From a virus: DNA of 64,000 bases. Position 1 is the first letter of the stretch. Each line of letters starts with the position of its first letter. A program made the translations under genes and the position numbers. Below, one piece after another: positions 1-7,401 of this stretch. The stretch lies in IMG/VR virus record IMGVR_UViG_3300046777_002415, positions 1 through 64,000 of that record. One strand, written 5' to 3'. A model generated the notes under the pieces. The model ran no database searches, had not been told where the DNA came from, and saw only the letters and a program-made list of their open reading frames with translations.

Positions 1-458
1 TACATAGCCTTCTTGACCCCTTCAAGTTCGAGGAGGAGGGTCTCGGGGCGGGCGGGGTGGCGGTGGGGATTATCCATGTCCCTGCCGAAGATCACCCACT
101 CGTCGCTCATTTCGGGGTCGATGAGGGCGTGGGGGTCGGCATCCTTACGTCTGCTGAGCCTCTGGTAGATCCCAGACAGGCCCATGCCGGTGCGGGCAGC
201 CCATTCCTTGGGTGTCATGCGCTCGTTGTTGTGGGTCAGGAATACCGAGCCACCACGGCCCCGCTTGGTCGCTTGGTGGTTGCAAGCCTTGCAGGCGAGG
301 GTTTGGGTGCCTTTGGCGAAGGCGTTCCACATGCCGGTGTTGACGATCCGTATCGTCCCGCAGGAGGTGCAGGCCACCTCCCAGTTCTTGCCGGCATGTT
401 TTTTGGAGTCAGAAGGGCCCACCAAGCGGTAGCCCTTCACCTCTTCAGGCATTTTCAT
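1..458 (-). CDS. Zn-ribbon + HTH DNA-binding protein (runs off window edge; absent from ORF track)
   Basis: GGAG RBS then ATG at 458; manual translation MKMPEEVKGY...CTSC...CKAC...LTHNNERMTPKEWAARTGMGLSGIYQRL, open to position 1. Confidence 0.7.
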   Translation of the reverse strand, partial: MKMPEEVKGYRLVGPSDSKKHAGKNWEVACTSCGTIRIVNTGMWNAFAKGTQTLACKACNHQATKRGRGGSVFLTHNNERMTPKEWAARTGMGLSGIYQRLSRRKDADPHALIDPEMSDEWVIFGRDMDNPHRHPARPETLLLELEGVKKAM

Positions 459-516
459 GTGTATTCTCCATTCTAGGTCTAAGAAGTAGGCACTATAACA
501 TAAGGGCGTTGGGCGT

Positions 517-601
517 TTAGCAGAATGGAAAAAATAAGTAAGCGAGTCGATACATAGAAGAAACGTAGCGAGTCGAAGTCCTATATTTTCCGTTCTGCTA
601 A
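517..601. repeat. Inverted repeat enclosing a direct repeat
   Basis: TTAGCAGAATGGAAAA (517-532) / TTTTCCGTTCTGCTAA (586-601); AGCGAGTCGA at 541-550 and 567-576. Confidence 0.85.
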
Positions 602-924
602 GAAAGTCTATTTCTGACGTTTTCAGGGCTCGATTTCATGTGTGGAAAATGGCTGTACATCCTGTGATTCCTGTGACTGTCACAACAAATTCTGCAAAAA
701 GGACATATTAGTTTTTCATAGAAGGGGTATGGCCCCGGCGGCTCAAGAGGCGCACTTGTCGGGCTCATGTGGTGAGCCCGAGCAAATCCCCCAAAAAAAA
801 CAATAGCGCTCTAAAAAAAAAAAAAAAACAATAATTTTAAGAAGAGAAGAGAATAGAGACCCTTGGCCTAAATCTTGCATCCCTGTAAATCCGCTCGCAT
901 CCCTACGAAATTGACCAAATGTCA

Positions 925-955
925 TTGACATGGGATCAATCTCCTGTTCTACTCT
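925..955 (+). promoter_or_regulatory. Putative sigma70 promoter
   Basis: TTGACA at 925-930; weak -10 (TACTCT at 950-955, long spacer). Confidence 0.4.
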
Positions 956-959
956 ATCC

Positions 960-1162
960 CGCTACCCCGTCCTGCCCCCGTTGAAGGCCGCTCTGTCGGT
1001 GCTCCAAGGTCCGGGACCGGTGGCGAGCTGCAGGTACCGTGTGCTGACGGCCTGCGGAAGTCTGGATCCCTGCAATGTGGGGGCGCAGCTGGGGTCCAGG
1101 CGCACTAAATTCCGCATCCTTATCGATCCATACGAAAAAGCCCGCACTAGGCGGGCTTTCTT
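960..1162 (+). ncRNA. Candidate structured small RNA (~200 nt)
   Basis: Lies between promoter and terminator; nested stems AGGCCG/CGGCCT, TGCGGAA/TTCCGCA and GTCTGGATCCC/GGGGTCCAGGC with G-U pairs valid on + strand; no ORF with an RBS. Confidence 0.5.
1135..1162. terminator. Bidirectional intrinsic terminator
   Basis: AAAAAGCCCGC-ACTAG-GCGGGCTTTCTT downstream of rha. Confidence 0.8.
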
Positions 1163-1179
1163 GCATCCGTAGGGTTGAT

Positions 1180-1755
1180 CTACTTGAGCTTGAAGTACGG
1201 ATCAACGTGTTTGAGCGCCCTGCCGAATGCCTGCCTGGTCGGCAAGGGCACTGCAAAGCTCTGGGAAAGCAGATTAACCGCTGATATCCCCATGTTTATG
1301 GCCTTCTGAGGGTTCTCATTGACCATCACGGCGGTGATGCGGTTATCCCAGAGCGCCTTGTTGCGGGCGAGCTCCACTTCTTTCTTGTGGAGTTCTTCGC
1401 GTAAGGTGCTGATTTCATTGCGCATTCTTACGAATTCTCGGACGTAGGCAAGCCGAAAGAGCTTTGCCTTGTCCCCGGTATAGCCTAATGCCAGGAGGGA
1501 GAAACCCTCCTCTGTCATGAGGTAAGCAGGCTGCGGATCGCCATTTTTATCAATAAAATCAATGGGCACGATTTGGTGCAGGGTCCATTCGGCCTCTCCA
1601 GCAGCCTCGTAGAATTCCAGCAGGTCGCGAATATCCTGTAGAACACGCTTGTGTGCTTTCTCAAATATCCGGGCGACATCCAGGGAACCAACCATAGGTT
1701 GGCCATCCACGACTTGGACGTGAAGATCAGATGGAATGATAGAATTGCTTTGCAT
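1180..1755 (-). CDS. rha: Rha-family phage regulatory protein
   Basis: SLDVARIFEKAHKRVLQDIRDL...YLMTEEGFSLLALGYTGDKAKLFRLAYVREF Rha signature; RBS GAGGT. Confidence 0.9.
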   Translation of the reverse strand: MQSNSIIPSDLHVQVVDGQPMVGSLDVARIFEKAHKRVLQDIRDLLEFYEAAGEAEWTLHQIVPIDFIDKNGDPQPAYLMTEEGFSLLALGYTGDKAKLFRLAYVREFVRMRNEISTLREELHKKEVELARNKALWDNRITAVMVNENPQKAINMGISAVNLLSQSFAVPLPTRQAFGRALKHVDPYFKLK

Positions 1756-1897
1756 CGTATTACCTCTCGTAGTGTGGTGATGCGTTGAAGTGCTGGCCGG
1801 GAGTTCGTATCTCCCAGCCAGTGCGCCCCATTATAAGTCGCTGATCTGCAAAAGACATTGATCTGAGATCACACTACGAATCCTTTCCTACCGACAT

Positions 1898-1937
1898 GAA
1901 AAAGCCCAGGGTCGCGAACACGACACTGGGCTTTTTC
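1898..1937. terminator. Bidirectional intrinsic terminator
   Basis: GAAAAAGCCCAG...CTGGGCTTTTTC. Confidence 0.75.
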
Positions 1938-2102
1938 GTACGGTCTCACAGTCTATTCGGCAAGCCCCCACTGTGCGTAGGCGGTGTGCTGCTTTACGGG
2001 CCAGAGGTTGCCCTCTGCTAGTCCCGCCGTCTGCCTTATTAGTCCCTGACATTGACGGTCTTGATCCGTGAGACCGCAGAAGGTCTTAGCATCTGCTAAG
2101 CA
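1898..2102 (-). ncRNA. Candidate structured small RNA (~205 nt, multi-way junction)
   Basis: Minus-strand promoter TTGACA(2138-2133)-N18-TAGCAT; 13-bp closing stem 1939-1951/2066-2078; CAGAGG-GCAA-CCUCUG GNRA hairpin; ends in a terminator. Confidence 0.6.
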
Positions 2103-2134
2103 GAGCAAATGCTAAGACAGCTCCAACCACCTTG

Positions 2135-2293
2135 TCAATGTGGTTTACGTACACCTTTCATAGCGTAGGCCTTTTTCAGCTCACGCTTGGTCATGGGTCG
2201 GGCCATGGGTCGCAGTGCCCATATAACGTCCTCCACAAAGCTGTAGAGGCCCAGGATGGCCAGAAAAGCCACGGGCAGAAGTAGGGCGCTCAT
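2135..2293 (-). CDS. Small membrane protein (52 aa)
   Basis: Manual translation MSALLLPVAFLAILGLYSFVEDVIWALRP...; ATGA overlap with upstream ORF. Confidence 0.6.
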   Translation of the reverse strand: MSALLLPVAFLAILGLYSFVEDVIWALRPMARPMTKRELKKAYAMKGVRKPH

Positions 2294-2481
2294 GCGCCCA
2301 ACCCTGTCCAACCCTCCGGGCTTGGCTCAGGCACGTACTGACTGAGGTCTTCGGGTTCCCATCTGTCGAATGCCAGGGATTCGAACTCGCCCCCGCGCTT
2401 GGCAAGGACATACGCTTCTCGGGCTTGCTCGGCCCAAAAAGCGCGACGGAAGGAAGCGGACTGTCTGTGGGCATTTTTCAT
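2290..2481 (-). CDS. Hypothetical protein (63 aa)
   Basis: GGAG RBS before ATG 2481 (MKNAHRQ...), inside the listed ORF 2290..2562. Confidence 0.55.
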   Translation of the reverse strand: MKNAHRQSASFRRAFWAEQAREAYVLAKRGGEFESLAFDRWEPEDLSQYVPEPSPEGWTGLGA

Positions 2482-2507
2482 GTTGTGGTGCTCCAGTAGG
2501 TCTAAGG

Positions 2508-2625
2508 GGTCTACCCCGTCGGGGTAGGGGTGGGCGCCCTGGTAGAGGGCGTGGTCGTCCACCCCGACAGGGTAGGGGTGGGCTTGGTCTACCCCATCAG
2601 CGCGGGAGTAAGGGTAGGGGTGGGC
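2508..2625. repeat. G-rich direct repeats
   Basis: GGGTAGGGGTGGGC at 2522, 2570 and 2612; GGTCTACCCC at 2508 and 2586. Confidence 0.9.
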
Positions 2626-2654
2626 TTTGTTGTGCCGGCCTTTTCGACAGGCAC

Positions 2655-2710
2655 AAAAAAGCCCACCAAAGCGCCGTGAAACGTCTGTGAGTCACGGTAT
2701 TGGTGGGCTT
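2655..2710 (-). terminator. Long-stem terminator-like hairpin
   Basis: AAGCCCACCAA/TTGGTGGGCTT followed by U-tract on - strand. Confidence 0.65.
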
Positions 2711-3065
2711 GATGGTCCGCTGCCACCCTAGATTGCTGGTCTGGATGGCGCGGTATGTCTACCAGTGCGGACATTGCGGGGTAATTGCTGCGCACGTTAT
2801 ACCGGACCCAGACCCAGCTAAACGCGCACGACAAAAACCACGCCGGCATAATGCCCGCATGGCTGAAACCTAGTAGCACATAGGCGCAACATGGAAGCCG
2901 CTATGGTTTATGGCTCATACCCCAAGGTACAAACAGCCAACCTAGCGCCATTACATGCGGCTTTATTCCCTTGCCTTACGTTACCAGATAATCCATTTAT
3001 CTGGCACCAAGCGATTAGCTAATAACCCACGAAGAGCGAATAGCTATAACCTGATTCCCTGTATA

Positions 3066-3155
3066 ATCACCTATCCTATTAGGTGATATTTATAAACGGA
3101 CTAGAGTTTAATCCGTTTATAAATGCCGGCAAACTATAACGTTATAGTTTGCCGG
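3066..3155. repeat. Three abutting inverted repeats including a perfect 30-bp palindrome
   Basis: ATCACCTA/TAGGTGAT; ATTTATAAACGGA/TCCGTTTATAAAT; CCGGCAAACTATAACGTTATAGTTTGCCGG (3126-3155). Confidence 0.95.
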
Positions 3156-3163
3156 ATTAGAAG

Positions 3164-3772
3164 TTATGCAGCTTGGCTAACTGCACTCGATAGCCGTGCT
3201 ATGGTTTCCCTAAGTTCTTTGTTTTCCTTTTCAAGTATCGTTATCTGATGGCGCAAGGATTCTATGGTTTCCTTGGTTTCCTTGACAGTTTCCTTGGTTT
3301 CGGCAAGTTTAACTTGTAGGTCTTTTGCCTTTGCTTGATATGCTTGGGTTTCGCTTGCTTGTTTCTTCAGATCAAGTAAATCCTGTTCCTTTTTGGCCTT
3401 GTCGGCTTTGCGTTTAGCATCGCGGGTTTCCTTGGTTTCCTTTTCATCGTCTGACAGTTCATGCTGATAGTCAGACGGATTGACGTTAGCAGGAACGGGT
3501 TTAAATTCCTTTTCCTTGTTCTTGGACGCTGATAGCTTTCCTTCACGATAGCTAAACGCTACGGGGGTGAAGTCACGGTAAAACGCCATAATGCTAGTCT
3601 TTAGCGTTTGCATATGGATAGCATTTAGCAACTGTGCCATGGGTGAAAAGTCGCCATGATGGATAGCATGATCAACAGTCATCAAAGCCGTTTTACCTGC
3701 GAGTTCCTTGGCATTCTGTTGCGACTTGCCAATGCTGACGATGTTACGGTTTATGGTTTTTATATTGTTCAT
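3164..3772 (-). CDS. Early hypothetical protein with C-terminal coiled coil
   Basis: 202-aa ORF, RBS TAGGTG, AT-rich, K/E-rich heptads. Confidence 0.85.
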   Translation of the reverse strand: MNNIKTINRNIVSIGKSQQNAKELAGKTALMTVDHAIHHGDFSPMAQLLNAIHMQTLKTSIMAFYRDFTPVAFSYREGKLSASKNKEKEFKPVPANVNPSDYQHELSDDEKETKETRDAKRKADKAKKEQDLLDLKKQASETQAYQAKAKDLQVKLAETKETVKETKETIESLRHQITILEKENKELRETIARLSSAVSQAA

Positions 3773-3784
3773 GATTGCACCTAT

Positions 3785-3916
3785 TTATTGTGGGATTATA
3801 TCGACTTTTATGCTGTTATCTAATGCAATGCCGGCAAACTCTAGCGCATCTGTGATGGTATAGAATATGTTATACAATTCACCAATGCTAGTATACTGTT
3901 TTACTATATAGCGCAT
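3785..3916 (-). CDS. Small early protein (43 aa)
   Basis: Same TAAATAGGTG RBS as next gene; MRYIVKQYTSIGELYNIFYTITDALEFAGIALDNSIKVDIIPQ. Confidence 0.65.
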   Translation of the reverse strand: MRYIVKQYTSIGELYNIFYTITDALEFAGIALDNSIKVDIIPQ

Positions 3917-3928
3917 AATTACACCTAT

Positions 3929-4021
3929 TTAGTTGAATCTAGCAAACTCTAAATAAAGCCAAGCAAAAAGCAAACCGGCAAACACAAAAGGGAAGACATA
4001 CTCTTCTAGGAATTCTGACAT
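3929..4021 (-). CDS. Small early membrane peptide (30 aa)
   Basis: RBS AAGGTGG; MSEFLEEYVFPFVFAGLLFAWLYLEFARFN; stop overlaps RBS motif of next ORF. Confidence 0.6.
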   Translation of the reverse strand: MSEFLEEYVFPFVFAGLLFAWLYLEFARFN

Positions 4022-4186
4022 GATGGCCACCTTGTTTTATTGTTGCGTGGGAAAATTCCCACACCGCTATGGTACACGAAATCACTCCCCGGGCATACTT
4101 TTATGCCCTGGAGCTTCGCCTGGCTTAATAGGCTATTCAAAAAATTTTAAGTTATAATCCATTTCTGTTAACTCGGAGACTGACTC

Positions 4187-4546
4187 ATGTACCTCGTCAA
4201 CCCATACTCTGTCCTCCGCAAAACCGGCCGCTTCTACCACGCCTCTCTCACCATCAAAGGCCGTCCCGTCGCCAAACTCTCCGGCTTCCGCTCCCTCGAA
4301 CACGCCCGCCAAGAAGGCCAAGCCATCGCCGACCGACTCAACCGCGGCGAAATCACCCTCGACGAAGTCAAGGAACAGAGGAGCTCACGCTTTATGGGCC
4401 TGACCCAGCAGCAATGGGCCGACAAGCTCGGGGTCTCCCGCAATGCTGTCTACCAAGGCGCCAAGCGCCACGGCATCAGCTGGGAGGAGTGGGTGGTGAG
4501 GCGGCTGCCGCTGGGGGAGCGGAAGGCGATCATGACGGAGGAGTAA
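4187..4546 (+). CDS. AP2-like + HTH DNA-binding protein
   Basis: KTGRFYHASLTIKGRPVAKLSGFRSLEHA (AP2-like) and LTQQQWADKLGVSRNAVYQ (HTH); TATAAT at 4153. Confidence 0.7.
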   Translation: MYLVNPYSVLRKTGRFYHASLTIKGRPVAKLSGFRSLEHARQEGQAIADRLNRGEITLDEVKEQRSSRFMGLTQQQWADKLGVSRNAVYQGAKRHGISWEEWVVRRLPLGERKAIMTEE

Positions 4547-4559
4547 CTGCTTCACATTT

Positions 4560-4800
4560 GATACTGCTCGTGTTTTACTATTGAGACACTCCTTAGGACC
4601 TTGGCCGTGGCCCATACCCGCGGCCTCCTTTTCCAGAAAGGACGCACCACAAGGAAGTACAGCCAGCTCCAAGGCTAGGAGCAGCAAGGACGCGAGCACG
4701 GATTGCTGCTCTAGGGATGGAGCATTAACATTGCGGGGTAGTCAGCAGCACCTGCCTATCCCTGCGGAAACCCAGCACGGCGACCGCAAAATCACCCAAG
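4560..4800 (+). ncRNA. Candidate CsrB/RsmZ-like GGA-repeat RNA or structured late leader
   Basis: Nine GGA motifs, four in short hairpin loops (4649-4658, 4684-4693, 4695-4707, 4707-4724). Confidence 0.55.
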
Positions 4801-4817
4801 ACCAACGAGAGATCACC

Positions 4818-5093
4818 ATGAAAACCTTCGAATCCCTCTGCAAAGAAGCCGCCAAGATCGTCGACGAACGGGTCAAGGCTGAGTCCCCGTCCATCAAGGA
4901 CACCCCGCAACGCCGGTTCTCTGTCTTCCAAGGTGAGCTGACCGTCCTTCTGGTCCAGAACAACACCCCTGTGGACGTCGAAAAGGTCCGGGAAGCCGGC
5001 GAAAAGTACGCATTTGGTACCGTCGACGAGCCTGAAAAGCCCGTAATTCCACCCTCAGAACCTGCCAAGACCGTCATTTCTGACGAAAAATAG
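4818..5093 (+). CDS. Hypothetical protein
   Basis: Likely start MKTFESL at 4818 within listed ORF; phage-like codon usage begins here. Confidence 0.7.
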   Translation: MKTFESLCKEAAKIVDERVKAESPSIKDTPQRRFSVFQGELTVLLVQNNTPVDVEKVREAGEKYAFGTVDEPEKPVIPPSEPAKTVISDEK

Positions 5094-5221
5094 GCCAAAT
5101 TTTGCAGATTTCCTGCAAAAACGGGGCTAAAACGCCGCTAAAACAGCGAATTCGCGCTTTTTGGGAGCGTTTGGGCCTTTTATGGATCTGGTGGACGTGG
5201 ACTTAACCGAGACTTAGCAAT

Positions 5222-5491
5222 ATGGAAACTTTTTTCAAATACGCGGCCTTCTTCATCATCAGCCAGTTCACTGAGCAGGCGCTGGACAAGGAGCAGGTCA
5301 ATCGCGTCCGCAATCTGATCGTCGATCTGGCCGGCCAGGCCATCGATACGGCAGTGAAGCACGAACGAGCGGCTGCTCTGATCAAGGATTTCGCGGAAGA
5401 CCTGACTGACAACGTCATCGACTACGTCATCAAGACGATCCTGTGGACCGCCCGGGCCACCGGCCAGATCAAATACGAGGTGAAGGCATGA
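5222..5491 (+). CDS. Hypothetical lysis-region protein
   Basis: ORF coupled by overlap to next gene. Confidence 0.7.
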   Translation: METFFKYAAFFIISQFTEQALDKEQVNRVRNLIVDLAGQAIDTAVKHERAAALIKDFAEDLTDNVIDYVIKTILWTARATGQIKYEVKA

Positions 5492-5739
5492 ACACCAGAG
5501 CTCTGAAGTTCAAGGCTGTCCACTTCGCTGTCGACGCCTACCTGGGCGAAGACGACAACGGCATCTCCATTCTCGATCGCGTGGTGGGGGCCGTGAAGCG
5601 GGCCAAGAAGCGGGACATCCCGCACGACCACGCGCTGCGTGAAGCCACGAGGGAGATCGACAAGATGGAGGAGTTCAATCTGTCCGACAGCGACCTGCAT
5701 CTGGCTCTGGACGCTGCCGTCATTCTGCTGGAGGGCTGA
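5488..5739 (+). CDS. Hypothetical lysis-region protein (possible paralog of previous)
   Basis: GAGGTG RBS, ATGA overlap; similar C-terminal helix LSDSDLHLALDAAV. Confidence 0.7.
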   Translation: MNTRALKFKAVHFAVDAYLGEDDNGISILDRVVGAVKRAKKRDIPHDHALREATREIDKMEEFNLSDSDLHLALDAAVILLEG

Positions 5740-5740
5740 T

Positions 5741-6001
5741 ATGAAAAAGCAGCTATCTACTGACGAAGGCCAGACCAAGAAGGGCGACGTCTACCTGTTG
5801 CTGGCTTTCATCCAGCCCGTCATCTACGCCATGAGCCCAGGTTGGCCGCAGGTCATCGCCGCCAGTGTGGCACTACTGATTCTGGCTGTTCTGTCCTACC
5901 GGACGGTCGGCAGCGGGGTACGCCCAGAAGAGGCGAAGGCGTTCCGCGAGAAGCTGGACACCCTCTCTGAGGAGGAGCTGGTCAGGGAGGGTCGCGAATG
6001 A
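5741..6001 (+). CDS. Holin candidate
   Basis: Two hydrophobic segments and charged C-terminal tail, upstream of endolysin. Confidence 0.55.
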   Translation: MKKQLSTDEGQTKKGDVYLLLAFIQPVIYAMSPGWPQVIAASVALLILAVLSYRTVGSGVRPEEAKAFREKLDTLSEEELVREGRE

Positions 6002-6252
6002 ACGAGATCCCTGACACCACTTGGCTGGAGCGCGTCAAGATCGAGGCCGAGGAACTCGAGACCAAGGTCAACAAGCTCGGCGCCTTCATCGAGGGCGAGG
6101 CCTACCGGGCGCTCAATATGGACCATAGGGTCGTGCTGGGCACCCAGCTGATGGCCATGTGCTCGTACCTCGCCTGCCTGAAGCATCGGATGCTGCTGGC
6201 TGAACCCACCTCCACGGAAGGAGAAAACGATGACAACGACACAGGATGCTGA
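5998..6252 (+). CDS. crAss001_48-like small helical protein
   Basis: WLERVKIEAEELETKVNKLGAFI...QLMAMCSYLACLKHR pattern. Confidence 0.65.
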   Translation: MNEIPDTTWLERVKIEAEELETKVNKLGAFIEGEAYRALNMDHRVVLGTQLMAMCSYLACLKHRMLLAEPTSTEGENDDNDTGC

Positions 6253-6796
6253 CAAGAGCCTAACCCCGCTCCTCGACTCTCTCTACACCAACCGGGATTA
6301 CACGACCCGGGAGGGCACGGTGCGGGCCATTCTGGCCGAGTGCGATCGGCAAGGCCTGACGCTCGACACCCAGAAGGCCTACGTGCTGGCCACGGTCCAG
6401 CATGAGACCAACAACACCTTCAAGCCGGTATTCGAGGCCTACTTCCTGAAGAACCCGCTGAAGTACCTGCGGAAGCTGCGGTATGCCCCCTACTGGGGTC
6501 GCGGGTTCGTCCAGCTGACCTGGAAGGCCAACTACGCCAAGTACTCCGAGCTGCTCGGCATCGATCTGGTGAAGAACCCGGAAAGGGCCTCGGAGCCGGC
6601 GATTGCCTGTTTCGTCCTAGTCCACGGGTTCCGCACCGGCGCCTTCACCGGCAAGCGGCTGAAGGATTACATCCGGGCTGACAAGTACGACCCGGTCGGC
6701 GCCCGTCGCTGCATTAACGGCACCGACGCGGCCCGGAAGATCGCCGGCATTTCTGACTGGTGGGTCAACCGCCTGCGGAGCCGGGATGACATCTGA
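6230..6796 (+). CDS. Endolysin, glycoside hydrolase family 19
   Basis: AYVLATVQHET, YWGRGFVQLTWKANY and ARRCING motifs. Confidence 0.9.
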   Translation: MTTTQDADKSLTPLLDSLYTNRDYTTREGTVRAILAECDRQGLTLDTQKAYVLATVQHETNNTFKPVFEAYFLKNPLKYLRKLRYAPYWGRGFVQLTWKANYAKYSELLGIDLVKNPERASEPAIACFVLVHGFRTGAFTGKRLKDYIRADKYDPVGARRCINGTDAARKIAGISDWWVNRLRSRDDI

Positions 6797-6974
6797 GATT
6801 ACCCCGCTCTGCAACGGCATCCAGTGGCACAAGGACACCGAGTGGCAGCGATGCCCGAAGGCGTCCAGCTGCCTGCGCTATATCCGGCGCATGGACGACC
6901 GGGCGCATGCGGTCGACAAGCTCTGCAACACCGTGGAGTTCGAGCACTATTTGGAGGCACCGAATGCGACCTAG
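6786..6974 (+). CDS. Small Cys-containing hypothetical protein
   Basis: Overlaps endolysin stop; four Cys. Confidence 0.5.
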   Translation: MTSEITPLCNGIQWHKDTEWQRCPKASSCLRYIRRMDDRAHAVDKLCNTVEFEHYLEAPNAT

Positions 6975-7146
6975 ATTTTTACGTGGCGGTATCCCGAAGG
7001 ATGCCAGAGGAAGAATGGAACCGACCGAGTTTGATGAGTACGACCAAGAGGTCCTGGACGAGTTTGTGAAGGGCGTGAAGACCGTGGCCCTGCTGGTCGT
7101 GGGCATGGTACTGGTGATTGCCGGGGTGGCTGGGAAGTGGGCATGA
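6964..7146 (+). CDS. Small membrane protein (C-terminal TM)
   Basis: GGAGG RBS before ATG 6964; TVALLVVGMVLVIAGV. Confidence 0.55.
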   Translation: MRPRFLRGGIPKDARGRMEPTEFDEYDQEVLDEFVKGVKTVALLVVGMVLVIAGVAGKWA

Positions 7147-7397
7147 GGTTCGCCTTTCTGCTGCTGCTGGCCGGCTGCACCCCTGCGGTTCAAGTCAACC
7201 ACGAGGTCCCTCAATTGGACAAGGCCGGCGAGGCGATCAAGAAGATCGTCGTAGCGGGCTGCCAGCCCACGAAGTACGCCATGAAGCCGATTCCCCAGGA
7301 CGTCGAAATCAACATCAAAGGTGACAAGGTGGAGGCCAACGACGGCGGCGTCGAACTCCTCAGGGAGTATGTCACCGCCCGCAAACTACTGAGGTAA
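7143..7397 (+). CDS. Lipoprotein, o-spanin candidate
   Basis: MRFAFLLLLAG|C lipobox in lysis cassette. Confidence 0.7.
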   Translation: MRFAFLLLLAGCTPAVQVNHEVPQLDKAGEAIKKIVVAGCQPTKYAMKPIPQDVEINIKGDKVEANDGGVELLREYVTARKLLR

Positions 7398-7401
7398 GAC
7401 C

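Noticed and set aside
57-476. Plus-strand 139-aa ORF (and many other antisense ORFs in the track)
   Set aside because: Shadow frames of GC-rich genes on the opposite strand; the minus-strand frame has an RBS and recognisable motifs.
2508-2625. CRISPR mini-array
   Set aside because: Repeats are only 14 bp, the spacers share sequence with each other, and there are no cas genes.
2712-2873. Small + strand ORF with YQCGHCG
   Set aside because: Only one CxxC, no RBS, and opposite orientation to neighbouring genes.
3126-3155. Protelomerase telRL site
   Set aside because: No protelomerase in the window and the phage has an integrase with attP; kept only as an untested alternative.
4581-4817. N-terminal part of the 170-aa ORF
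   Set aside because: TTG start without RBS and non-protein-like composition; better explained as structured RNA.
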